From assembly GCA_963701965.1 (NCBI GenBank), contig OY969695.1, forward strand, positions 1,248,001 to 1,312,000: a DNA stretch of 64,000 nucleotides. The letters run 5' to 3'. The notes below the pieces were generated by a model, which was not told the origin of the DNA, did no database searches, and saw only the letters and a list, made by a program, of their open reading frames with translations. Source of the stretch: an uncultured Gemmatimonadales bacterium. GTDB lineage: Bacteria; Gemmatimonadota; Gemmatimonadetes; Gemmatimonadales; Gemmatimonadaceae. This document shows, in pieces, positions 56,160-64,000 of this stretch. Each line of letters starts with the position of its first letter. The first letter of the stretch is position 1. A program made the translations under genes and the position numbers.

Positions 56160-56680
56160 CGGCGCTCGATCCGACTGGCGACGAAGAAGGCCGCCAGGCC
56201 AAGCACGACGACCAGCGCGACGACGGTCCCGTACGGCAGATGCGTCAGGCCCGGAAGCGTTTCGGGACCTCGCGGCATCGCCTCGTAGAGCGGACGCAGC
56301 GCGGCGAATGACTCGTGAAAGGCGAATACGCCGGCACAAAGGCCCGCCATGACCGCGACCCCATCGATCCGGCCGGTGGCGGCGGCCACGCAGGACGTCC
56401 CCGGACAGAGGCCGGCCGTCGCGAATCCGATCCCGAAGATCGCGCCGCCGATCGCTTGCGCGAGGACGAACGTCTCGGGCACGAAGACCCGGGAGATGTC
56501 CAGGAGTCCCAAGCGTCCGAGCCAGAAGAGGCCCAGCATCGCCGTGACGATCGCGCTGAACATGAGGCGGAGCACCGTGAAATCCGTGGCCGTGAACTGC
56601 CCCGCGAGCTTGGGCGCGTTGGACATGCCGCCGCGCTCCAGCAGGAATCCAAATCCCATCCCGAGCAGCAGCGGCGTCAC
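56156..56680 (-). CDS. YeeE/YedE-family sulfur transporter half (second)
   Basis: G.GFGF.LERGG, F...DF.V...MF.AI, GG.IFGIGF..AG.CPGT. Confidence 0.88.
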   Translation of the reverse strand: MTPLLLGMGFGFLLERGGMSNAPKLAGQFTATDFTVLRLMFSAIVTAMLGLFWLGRLGLLDISRVFVPETFVLAQAIGGAIFGIGFATAGLCPGTSCVAAATGRIDGVAVMAGLCAGVFAFHESFAALRPLYEAMPRGPETLPGLTHLPYGTVVALVVVLGLAAFFVASRIERR

Positions 56681-57183
56681 GACCAGAGCCGCCGGCAGAG
56701 GGGCAACATCGCGTATCCCGCGGCGAACGCACAGGCGATGAAGAGCCAACTCCCGACGCTCAACACGGCGCCTCCGCTCAGACCGAGGCCGCTGGTACAC
56801 CCGCGGGCCAGCTTGGCGCCCACCCCCATCGCCGCGCCGGCCGCCATCGCGGTGAGCAACCGCGTCGCCCGACCCGTGCGCGGCCCGCGCTCGAGACCCA
56901 CGCGCAGGCGGCCGGCCAACACCGCGGAGAGGAGGCCGCCGGCGGCGATTCCGATCACCTCGACCACGAGCCAGTCGTCGAGCGGGCGACCGGTATAGCC
57001 GTCATAGGAAGGGTTGGCCGACACGTGGCCCGGCGCCGCCGCGGCGACCGCCGCGGTGACGGCGCTGGAATACGCGCCCGAGGCCCCCAGGCCGCGGCCC
57101 GTGAGCGCGAAGCTCGCGATCAGCACGAGGCCGATCCCCGTACCGGCCAGGTACGCGCTGAGATAGGGCCGCGCCACGACCAC
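56677..57183 (-). CDS. YeeE/YedE-family sulfur transporter half (first)
   Basis: PY..Y.AG..IG, GRGLGASG, G...GG.LSA, G.GAKLARGCTSG..LSGGA.L. Confidence 0.88.
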   Translation of the reverse strand: MVVARPYLSAYLAGTGIGLVLIASFALTGRGLGASGAYSSAVTAAVAAAAPGHVSANPSYDGYTGRPLDDWLVVEVIGIAAGGLLSAVLAGRLRVGLERGPRTGRATRLLTAMAAGAAMGVGAKLARGCTSGLGLSGGAVLSVGSWLFIACAFAAGYAMLPLCRRLWS

Positions 57184-58080
57184 TATCGCCCCGCGGGGTT
57201 GTCGACTGGCAGATCGCGACGCCGTGACCAGTCCTCGAACGACCCGTCGTACAGGCGCACAGGATAGCCAACCAGGTTGGCGGCGAACAGCATCGCCGTG
57301 GCCTGCATCCCAATGTGACAATACCCGACGATCGTGTCGCCGGGCTGCGCGCCGGCGGCGGCGAACAATGCCCGCAGCTCGGCCGGACTCTTGACCTTCG
57401 TATGCGCGTCGAAGATCGACGAGAACGGAATGTTCCGCGCGGTGGGAATGTGGCCGTAGCGGGACTCGCCTTGCTCGACGCCATCATAGAACGAACGGTC
57501 GCGGGCGTCGACGATGACGACACCCGGCTGGTTGAGATGCGCGCGCACCCAAGTGTGATCGACCACCAGCGCCGGCACGGGGGTCGCGGTGATCGTGCCG
57601 CGGGCCACGGTCGGAACCACCGCCGTCACCGGGCGCCGCTCGCCCTGCCATGCGGCCAGGCCACCGTCGAGCAGCAATGCCCGGGCCCCGAGACCGGCGA
57701 CCCGCAGCGTGAAGATCACGCGCGTCGTCGCGGAGATGTTCTCACCCGCCGCGTACACGACAATCCGCGACCCGTCGGAGATACCCAAACCTTCCAGGCG
57801 CTCGCGCAGCACGTTGGGAGGCAGCATCTCCAACATGAGCGGCGACGAGTCGCTCATCGCGCCGTCGGGCATGTTTGTGTTGGCCGAAATCCGGCCGAGG
57901 TCAACCCACCGCGCGCCGGGGATGTGCCCCTTGGCGTAAACGTCGGCGGGACCATTGTGGAGAATGACGAGCGTGGGATCGTTCAGAATGGTCGGCGAGC
58001 CAGGCCGTGGTGACCGTGCCTTGGGCCGGCAGCGGCGCGGCGGCGATGATGCCCAGAAGGGCAAGCAGGGATGAGCGCAT
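57183..58080 (-). CDS. Exported tandem-domain sulfurtransferase (rhodanese), 1-nt frameshift near 57988
   Basis: Signal peptide MRSSLLALLGIIAAAPLPAQG; removing one T gives WLADHLNDP; GHIPGA, LDGG..AW, GHIP.A, YCHIGMQA (active Cys), LYDGSFEDW. Confidence 0.88.
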
Positions 58081-58134
58081 GGCCACACGATACGCGCCAT
58101 CGACGCTCCGGTGGTGATGGAAGATTTCGGAGTG

Positions 58135-58149
58135 TGTGGCGGAAGTGTG
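58135..58149. promoter_or_regulatory. Putative OmpR/PhoB-type direct-repeat box upstream of the sulfur operon
   Basis: TGTG-gcgg-AAG-TGTG with 11-bp period; similar to 60484-60498. Confidence 0.35.
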
Positions 58150-58150
58150 A

Positions 58151-58819
58151 TCAGCTGGCGAACCGATACCCGATCGTCCAGACCGTCACGATGTGCCGCG
58201 GCTTCGCGGGATCCTCCTCCAGCTTGCGCCGGAGCTCGGCGACATGGGAGTCGACGGTGCGGGACAGCACCTGCTCGTCGTATCCCCAGACTTCCCGCAA
58301 CAACTCGGCGCGCGACGCCACGGCGCCCCCGCGCCGCACCAACGCCAGGAGGAGCGTGTACGCTTTCGGCGAGAGCGCGCAGGGTCGGGCGTCGCGGGTC
58401 ACGGTGCGCCGCACCGTGTCGATCTCCACGGCGCCGAAGCGGACCGTGTGGTCCTCCCCGCTCCGGCGCAGCAGCGACCGCACGCGCTCGATGAGCTCGA
58501 GCACGCCGAACGGCTTGGTCACATACTGGTCCGCATCGAGACGAAACCCGCGGACTTTGTCTGCTTCCTCGGCGCGCGCCGACAGGATGATGACGGGGAT
58601 GGCCACGCGCTTGGCGCGCAACTGCTGCAACACCTCGTACCCATCCATGAGTGGCAACATGAGATCGAGAATGACGAGATCGGCCGGCCACTCGGTCGCG
58701 GCCTTGAGACCGGCCGGCCCGTCGCCCGCGATGCGCACGTCATAGCCCTCGAACCGCAGGTTCTCGGCGATCCCGTCGGCGAGATCGGCGTTGTCTTCGA
58801 CGACCAGGACGCGCGCCAT
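58151..58819 (-). CDS. OmpR/PhoB-family response regulator
   Basis: VLVVEDN, ILDLMLP..DG, AD.YVTKPF...EL, R.ELL..VWG, RTVD.HV..LR.KLE.DP..P..I.TV...GY. Confidence 0.95.
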   Translation of the reverse strand: MARVLVVEDNADLADGIAENLRFEGYDVRIAGDGPAGLKAATEWPADLVILDLMLPLMDGYEVLQQLRAKRVAIPVIILSARAEEADKVRGFRLDADQYVTKPFGVLELIERVRSLLRRSGEDHTVRFGAVEIDTVRRTVTRDARPCALSPKAYTLLLALVRRGGAVASRAELLREVWGYDEQVLSRTVDSHVAELRRKLEEDPAKPRHIVTVWTIGYRFAS

Positions 58820-60439
58820 TCAGCCGACCGCCGGGAGCTCGACGATGAATATCGCGCCGCCGCTCTGGCCGCCTTCCACCAGCGCGCGTCCCCCGTGTTG
58901 CTCGGCGATCTCGCGCACGATCGTGAGTCCCATGCCGCTGCCGCCCACGCCATGCCGCACGGCGCCGGCGCCGCGCCGGAACGGCTGCCAGATCAGCTCG
59001 CGTTCGGCCGCGGGCACGCCCGGCCCCTCGTCGCTGACCGAGACGCGAATCGTCGCGCCATTGGACACACCCACGCGAATGGTTTGACTCGGCGGTCCGT
59101 ACTTGACGGCGTTGTCCAGCAGGTTGAGCACGAGCTGGCGCAACGCGTCGCGATCGAGCATGGCGATGGGTTGGGCCGCGATATCGGTGGCGATGGTCGC
59201 GCGGCGCCCGGCCGCCAGCGGACGGAATTCGTCGACGATCCGGACCGTCTCGGCCGCCACGTCCGTCGCGTGCCGCGCCGACCCAGCCTCCGTCCGCCCC
59301 CGCCGCGAGAATCGCAAAACGTTCTCGGCCAGGAATGCCAGCCGCCGCGCCTCGCGGTCCACGCGATCGAACGCCGCCAGACGTTGGGCGTCGCTGGCGT
59401 ATCGCCCGAGGCGGATGGTGTCGAGATCCAGCCGCATTTGCGCCAGAGGCGTGCGCAACTCGTGCGAGACGTTGGCGACGAAATCGGCCCGCAGCTGTCC
59501 CAACTCCCCTTCCCGGCGAATCTGGGCCACGGCGACCACCGCGAGCGCGGCGGCGACCGTGATGAGCGAGAGGAGCAACGGCAGATGGGAGCGCGGCAGG
59601 CCGCCGATCACGAGCTGACTCGCGATCTCGGGCTTGATCCCCGCCCAGACCGCGATGCCCCCGTAACTGGCAGGCATCCGCGCCGCCGCGGCGATCGCCG
59701 GCCGCGTGCCTGGTTCCGACGCGAACAATACCGCGTCGCTCGCGTCCCGGATCTGCGCGTGCAGCAGCTCGCGGTTGGCATGCCGCCGCGTGAAAGTCGA
59801 CGGGAGGAGGTCGGACGCGTCGAGCACGCCCCCGACGAAGGCCGCCAGCGTCTCCGGCCGATACTCGGCGCCATAGACGATCGTGTCGCCCCACACCGTC
59901 GGCATCAGCACATAGGAAAAATCGCGCGCCTGACCGTCATGACGCGCGATGATGTACGTGAATCCCCAGTCCGACTGGTACTCGCTGTGCACTTGGCGGC
60001 GGATCGTGTCGGTGAGCCACGCGCGGTCGGCCCGGAGATAGTCGCCGGTGGCCTGGTTGTAGGGCGCGACCGCCACCGTGTCGGCCGCGATGTTGAACCC
60101 GAAGAACGCGATCGGGTCCGGTCCGCTTCGCAACCGATGGCAGAGACACGCCTGGTCATACGGCAGGTACCGTACGAGGTCCGACACATCGGGAATCTGC
60201 GGATTCACGTGCCGCACCGCTCCGTGATACACGGGGCCCAGCGCTTCCTGCGCCGCCGCCGCCATCGCCTCGCGCAGGTGCTGGCGATAACTCCAGGCGG
60301 CGAAATTCGCATAATCGCCCAACGCCCTGGATGCCACCCGCTGCTGCGACCGCACGGCCGCCAGCGCGTCGATGACGGCAACGGCGGCCAGCCCGGAGCT
60401 GACCAGGAGCAGGGCGAGCGGCCAGCGGGAATGTCGCAC
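58820..60439 (-). CDS. Membrane sensor histidine kinase
   Basis: TM-extracytoplasmic-TM; DFVANVSHELRTPL, NLLDNAVKY, D.GPG, GSGMGL.IV. Confidence 0.92.
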   Translation of the reverse strand: MRHSRWPLALLLVSSGLAAVAVIDALAAVRSQQRVASRALGDYANFAAWSYRQHLREAMAAAAQEALGPVYHGAVRHVNPQIPDVSDLVRYLPYDQACLCHRLRSGPDPIAFFGFNIAADTVAVAPYNQATGDYLRADRAWLTDTIRRQVHSEYQSDWGFTYIIARHDGQARDFSYVLMPTVWGDTIVYGAEYRPETLAAFVGGVLDASDLLPSTFTRRHANRELLHAQIRDASDAVLFASEPGTRPAIAAAARMPASYGGIAVWAGIKPEIASQLVIGGLPRSHLPLLLSLITVAAALAVVAVAQIRREGELGQLRADFVANVSHELRTPLAQMRLDLDTIRLGRYASDAQRLAAFDRVDREARRLAFLAENVLRFSRRGRTEAGSARHATDVAAETVRIVDEFRPLAAGRRATIATDIAAQPIAMLDRDALRQLVLNLLDNAVKYGPPSQTIRVGVSNGATIRVSVSDEGPGVPAAERELIWQPFRRGAGAVRHGVGGSGMGLTIVREIAEQHGGRALVEGGQSGGAIFIVELPAVG

Positions 60440-60483
60440 TCCTTACCATGATTCTGTCACGCCCGCGATGCAACGGTACGGTC

Positions 60484-60498
60484 TGTGAAGAAAGTGTG
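60484..60498. promoter_or_regulatory. Putative OmpR/PhoB-type direct-repeat box between the kinase and MBOAT genes
   Basis: TGTGAAGA-aag-TGTGGAGA, 11-bp period. Confidence 0.35.
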
Positions 60499-60543
60499 GA
60501 GATGCCGCTGTTACCGTTGCCTCCAACCGGTTAACCTGGGTCG

Positions 60544-61935
60544 ATGCTGTTCGACAGCGCCATCTACCTCGTTTTCCTGGCTCTCGTCGTCCTCGTCTAC
60601 TGGCGATTGTCCCACGGAGCGCAGAACCGGTTCCTCCTGGCCGCCAGCTATTTCTTTTACGGATGGTGGGACTGGCGTTTCCTGTTGCTCATGATCGCGT
60701 CGACGGCGATCGACTATCGCGTCGGCCGCGCCATCGCATCGAGCCAGGACCCGCGCCACCGGCGCACGCTGCTCGTCCTGTCGCTGATTCTCAATTTCAC
60801 CATCCTCGGGTACTTCAAGTACTGCAATTTCTTCATCGACTCGTTCGTCCGGCTCGCCGGCCTGTTGGGCGCGCACCAGATCACGCACGGCCTGCTCAAC
60901 ATCATTCTGCCGCCCGCGATCTCGTTCTACACCTTCCAGGAAGTGGCCTACATTGTCGACGTCTATTTCGGCCGCGTCGCCGCCGCCGAATCGTTCGTCG
61001 AGTATGGCCTGTTCATCTCGTTCTTCCCGCATCTCATTGCCGGGCCTATCCAACGCCCCTCGCATCTCCTGCCCCAGGTACAACGGCCGCGCTCGCTCGA
61101 CCTGCAGCGGTTCTACGACGGATTCATGCTGATTCTTTCCGGGCTTTTCCGGAAATGCGTGATCGCCGACAGTTGCGCGCTCCTGGCCAACGCGGCGTTC
61201 GGCGGGCGGATGGGTTCCAGCGGATGGGTGACGTTGATCGGCGTGTACGCTTTCGCCTGGCAGATCTACGGGGATTTCAGCGGATATAGCGACATTGCGC
61301 GCGGCAGCGCGCAGCTGATGGGATTTCACTTCATGGTGAACTTCCGCCAGCCGTATCTCGCCGGGAGCCTGCAGGACTTCTGGCGGCGGTGGCACATCAG
61401 TCTCTCCACGTGGCTCCGCGACTACCTGTACATCCCGCTGGGCGGCAGTCGCCATGGCGAGGCCAAGACGTACCGGAACCTCTTCACGACCATGCTGCTC
61501 GGGGGGTTGTGGCACGGGGCGAACTGGACATTTGTGTTCTGGGGCGCGGTACACGGCGTGGTGCTGGCCATCGAGCGTGCGCTGGGACTGGCCGAGCGCG
61601 TGCTGCCGGTCTGGTGGCGGCGGATCCTGATTTTTCAGATCGTGTGCTTCGCGTGGATCTTCTTCCGGGCGCCGTCGTTCGGTGACGCCGCGGCAATGTT
61701 GGGGAATCTGGCGCACTGGTCGTGGCGCCCGACGTACGCCTCGGCGCTGGCCTACCTGGCCGTGTTCACCCTGCCCCTGTTCGCCATGGATCTGCGGCTG
61801 GAGAACGCCGACGAGGAGTACGTGTTTCAGCGCGCGAACTTCCGGTGGCAAGTGGCCGCGGCGGGCGCCGCCATCATGGCCGTCGCGTTCCTGGCCGACG
61901 CGCAGTCGAACGTCTTCATCTACTTTCAGTTCTGA
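60544..61935 (+). CDS. MBOAT O-acyltransferase (AlgI/DltB-like)
   Basis: MLF.S..Y..F, ASYFFYG.W, ISFYTFQ, FFP.LIAGPI, QIY.DFSGYSD, FWRRWHISLS.WLRDYLYIPLGG, GLWHGA.WTF, FIYFQF. Confidence 0.93.
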   Translation: MLFDSAIYLVFLALVVLVYWRLSHGAQNRFLLAASYFFYGWWDWRFLLLMIASTAIDYRVGRAIASSQDPRHRRTLLVLSLILNFTILGYFKYCNFFIDSFVRLAGLLGAHQITHGLLNIILPPAISFYTFQEVAYIVDVYFGRVAAAESFVEYGLFISFFPHLIAGPIQRPSHLLPQVQRPRSLDLQRFYDGFMLILSGLFRKCVIADSCALLANAAFGGRMGSSGWVTLIGVYAFAWQIYGDFSGYSDIARGSAQLMGFHFMVNFRQPYLAGSLQDFWRRWHISLSTWLRDYLYIPLGGSRHGEAKTYRNLFTTMLLGGLWHGANWTFVFWGAVHGVVLAIERALGLAERVLPVWWRRILIFQIVCFAWIFFRAPSFGDAAAMLGNLAHWSWRPTYASALAYLAVFTLPLFAMDLRLENADEEYVFQRANFRWQVAAAGAAIMAVAFLADAQSNVFIYFQF

Positions 61936-61937
61936 CC

Positions 61938-62864
61938 GTGAAGAACAAGATCCTGATCGTCCTCGGACTGTGCGCGGCGCTGCTGGTCGTCTGCGAGATC
62001 AGCGCGTCCTGGATGTTCGCGCACCTGCGCTCGAATCTGAGCGTACGCGGCGAGATCCGGACGGCCGAAGCGCTGCGCTCGACCCCGGGCGGCCCGCGGC
62101 CGGTGCTCGTCGTCGGCAACTCCCTCGTCTTGCACGGCATCGACGTGGCCGCTGTCGAGCAGGGATTGGGTCCGGGGTATGAGACGACGAAAGTCGCGAT
62201 CGTGGACTCGGGCTACGAGGACTGGCTCTACGGCGTCATGTCGCTGTTGGATCGCGGGAGCCGCCCCGATGCCGTGGTGCTGGGCATCAGTCCGGCGCAG
62301 CTGGTGACCGACCGGCCGCCGACCGGCACGACGGCCCGCTTTCTGTGGACGGTCCCCAATCTCACCCGCTACGCGATCGACGCGCGGCCGGGCTTGACCG
62401 CGGCCACAGATCTCCTGTTCGAGCACGTGTCGCAGTTTTTCGCGCTCCGCAACCAGGTGCGACAGGACTCGCGGCGACTCTTGGTGCCAGGGTATGTCGA
62501 GATGTCGCGCGACTTTTTCGTCCGGGCACCGATCGCGCCCGACGTCCACGTCGACGCACCGATCGCCGAAGCGCGCCTCCGCGCCCTGTCCGCGGCCTGC
62601 GCGGCGCGCGGGGTGCGTTTTGTCTATCTCCTCATTCCCACGCACGCGCCTGACGACGCGGATCTCGAGGCGACGCTGGAGGATGCGGGGCAGCGCGCGG
62701 GAGTCCCCGTGCTAGTGCCCCTCTCCAACCACGGTCTCGACCCCGCGTGGCTGCTCGATGGTTATCACTTGAATGTCGCCGGCGCGTCAGCGTTCAGCGC
62801 CCGCGCGGGGCAGGCCCTGCGGGCGCTGCTGGCGCCGGGAACCATGGTCGGGTTCGGCCGCTAG
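61938..62864 (+). CDS. SGNH-like periplasmic acyltransferase partner (AlgJ/DltD-like)
   Basis: N-terminal TM; VVGNS and LDGYHLN..GA (DxxH) motifs; directly after the MBOAT gene. Confidence 0.65.
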   Translation: MKNKILIVLGLCAALLVVCEISASWMFAHLRSNLSVRGEIRTAEALRSTPGGPRPVLVVGNSLVLHGIDVAAVEQGLGPGYETTKVAIVDSGYEDWLYGVMSLLDRGSRPDAVVLGISPAQLVTDRPPTGTTARFLWTVPNLTRYAIDARPGLTAATDLLFEHVSQFFALRNQVRQDSRRLLVPGYVEMSRDFFVRAPIAPDVHVDAPIAEARLRALSAACAARGVRFVYLLIPTHAPDDADLEATLEDAGQRAGVPVLVPLSNHGLDPAWLLDGYHLNVAGASAFSARAGQALRALLAPGTMVGFGR

Positions 62865-62884
62865 CAGCGCCCACCCCGACCCAC

Positions 62885-63298
62885 TCAATCCGGATCGTAC
62901 TGGGAACGGCCCGGTAGAGGCTGGTTCTCGGTCTCGCTGTCGTACTCGTCGTCGAGGTCGACGATGTCGCCATCGTCGTCGTCCAGCTCGTCGAGGAGAT
63001 CTTCCTCGTCGACGTCTTTGTCCTCCTCGTCGTCGTCGAGATCCTCGTCGTCCTCTTCGTCTTCGTCCTCGTCGTCCTCGTCTTCTTCGTCGTCGTCGTC
63101 GAGGTCCTCGTCATCGAGGTCCTCGTCGTCATCAAAGTCGAGGTCGTCGTCCACATCCTCGTCGTCCAGATCCTCGTCGAGATCTTCGGGCTCGTCCTCC
63201 GGGTCGTCATCATCGGCGCCCCGTCGTTTCGCGCTGAGGTGACCGCTCAGCCCCATCCCCCACTCGTCGGGATCAGACGCACTATGCGCGTGCGCCAT
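62885..63298 (-). CDS. Extremely acidic low-complexity protein
   Basis: About 90 consecutive residues dominated by D/E with periodic L (DEDLDD-type units); GGAG-like RBS upstream. Confidence 0.6.
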   Translation of the reverse strand: MAHAHSASDPDEWGMGLSGHLSAKRRGADDDDPEDEPEDLDEDLDDEDVDDDLDFDDDEDLDDEDLDDDDEEDEDDEDEDEEDDEDLDDDEEDKDVDEEDLLDELDDDDGDIVDLDDEYDSETENQPLPGRSQYDPD

Positions 63299-63350
63299 GC
63301 CACGGCTCTCCGTCACAGAAAAGGTCAGTGCAAGTAGATGGTTGGACTGC

Positions 63351-64000
63351 CTACAGGGAAGCACGCTCCCGCTTCGCATCCCGCGACAACTTCTTTCGAT
63401 CGTTCGCGCTCAAGAACCGCTTCCGGAGTCGGATCGCCTGGGGGGTCACCTCGATCAGCTCGTCATCCTCGATATACTCCAACGCGCCCTCCAGCGTCAA
63501 CTCCCGTGGAGGTTCCAGTTGAACGTTCTCATCACTGGCTTTGCTGCGCATGTTGGTGAGCTTTTTCTCCTTCGTCGGATTCACATCCATGTCGCCGGGC
63601 CGGGAGCTCTCGCCTACAATCATCCCTTCGTACACCGGTGTACCCGGAGCCACGAACAAGGTCCCCCGTTCCGCCAGATTTGCCAATGCGAACGCGACGA
63701 CCGTGCCACCCTCCATGGAAATCAACGTTCCCCGTGACCGGCCGGCCAGCGGCCCGGCCCATGGCCCGTATTCGAGGAAGCGGTGGTGGATGATCCCGGT
63801 TCCACGCGTGTCCGTCAGGAACTCGGAGCGATACCCGAACAGGCCGCGGGCGGGGATGCGGTAGAGGAGCCGGACCAGCCCCTGCCCCGGGTTTTTCATC
63901 TCCAGCATCTCGCCGCGCCGGGGGCCCAGCTTCTCGATCACCGCGCCCAGGTGTTCCTCGGGAACGTCGATCGATAGCTCTTCGTACGGCTCCAGGCGTT
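63351..64000 (-). CDS. typA: Translational GTPase TypA/BipA, C-terminal part
   Basis: EPYE.L.IDVPEEH.G.VIE.LG.R.G, IPARGLFG.RSEFLTDTRG.G, K.LTNMR, LE.ALEYI.DDEL.EVTP..IRLRK. Confidence 0.97.
   Translation of the reverse strand, partial: RLEPYEELSIDVPEEHLGAVIEKLGPRRGEMLEMKNPGQGLVRLLYRIPARGLFGYRSEFLTDTRGTGIIHHRFLEYGPWAGPLAGRSRGTLISMEGGTVVAFALANLAERGTLFVAPGTPVYEGMIVGESSRPGDMDVNPTKEKKLTNMRSKASDENVQLEPPRELTLEGALEYIEDDELIEVTPQAIRLRKRFLSANDRKKLSRDAKRERASL

Noticed and set aside
60130..60155. Heme c site in the kinase sensor domain (CLCH)
   Set aside because: The spacing is CxCH, not CxxCH. It is kept only as a possible thiol or metal site.
62940..63215. CRISPR array or DNA tandem repeat
   Set aside because: The TCG/TCC/TCT periodicity is Asp/Glu codon usage of the acidic protein; there is no repeat-spacer structure.

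Overview
GC-rich bacterial DNA. Gene content and style are most reminiscent of Gemmatimonadota or Acidobacteriota; this is an impression, not a database result. Positions 1-11,034 look like the right end of a decaying genomic island bounded by the 3' half of a tRNA-Ile(GAT), an att-like site. It carries IS256, IS30, IS3 remnants and a complete IS21, each disrupting a cargo gene, plus an HTH-ImmA/IrrE + DUF4411(PIN) pair. The rest is chromosomal backbone with several unusual modules. (1) A divergent cluster of a di-heme-c PQQ dehydrogenase, an MFS-gluconolactonase-CBM9-like triple fusion, an exported RidA and a Tat-exported SelA/DgaE-like PLP enzyme; this is a candidate periplasmic amino-sugar oxidation/deamination pathway. 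(2) A TauE-TsdA-like fusion behind a Tat-exported DsrE-like protein. (3) A translationally coupled operon of exported sulfurtransferase, split YeeE/YedE, Cys-tailed pseudo-rhodanese, Moco-sulfurase-like PLP enzyme and chemoreceptor, next to an OmpR-type two-component system with matching direct-repeat boxes. (4) A vapBC module between two copies of the 3' part of a DinB-family gene. Also present: an actinobacterial Sdh1-type succinate dehydrogenase operon, a TPR-OGT head-to-head with a GH3, FHA-PrsW, msrA, MBOAT/SGNH and the 3' end of typA. Many genes appear leaderless. Scattered single-base frameshifts suggest long-read indel errors. All product calls come from motif recognition by eye; no searches were run.
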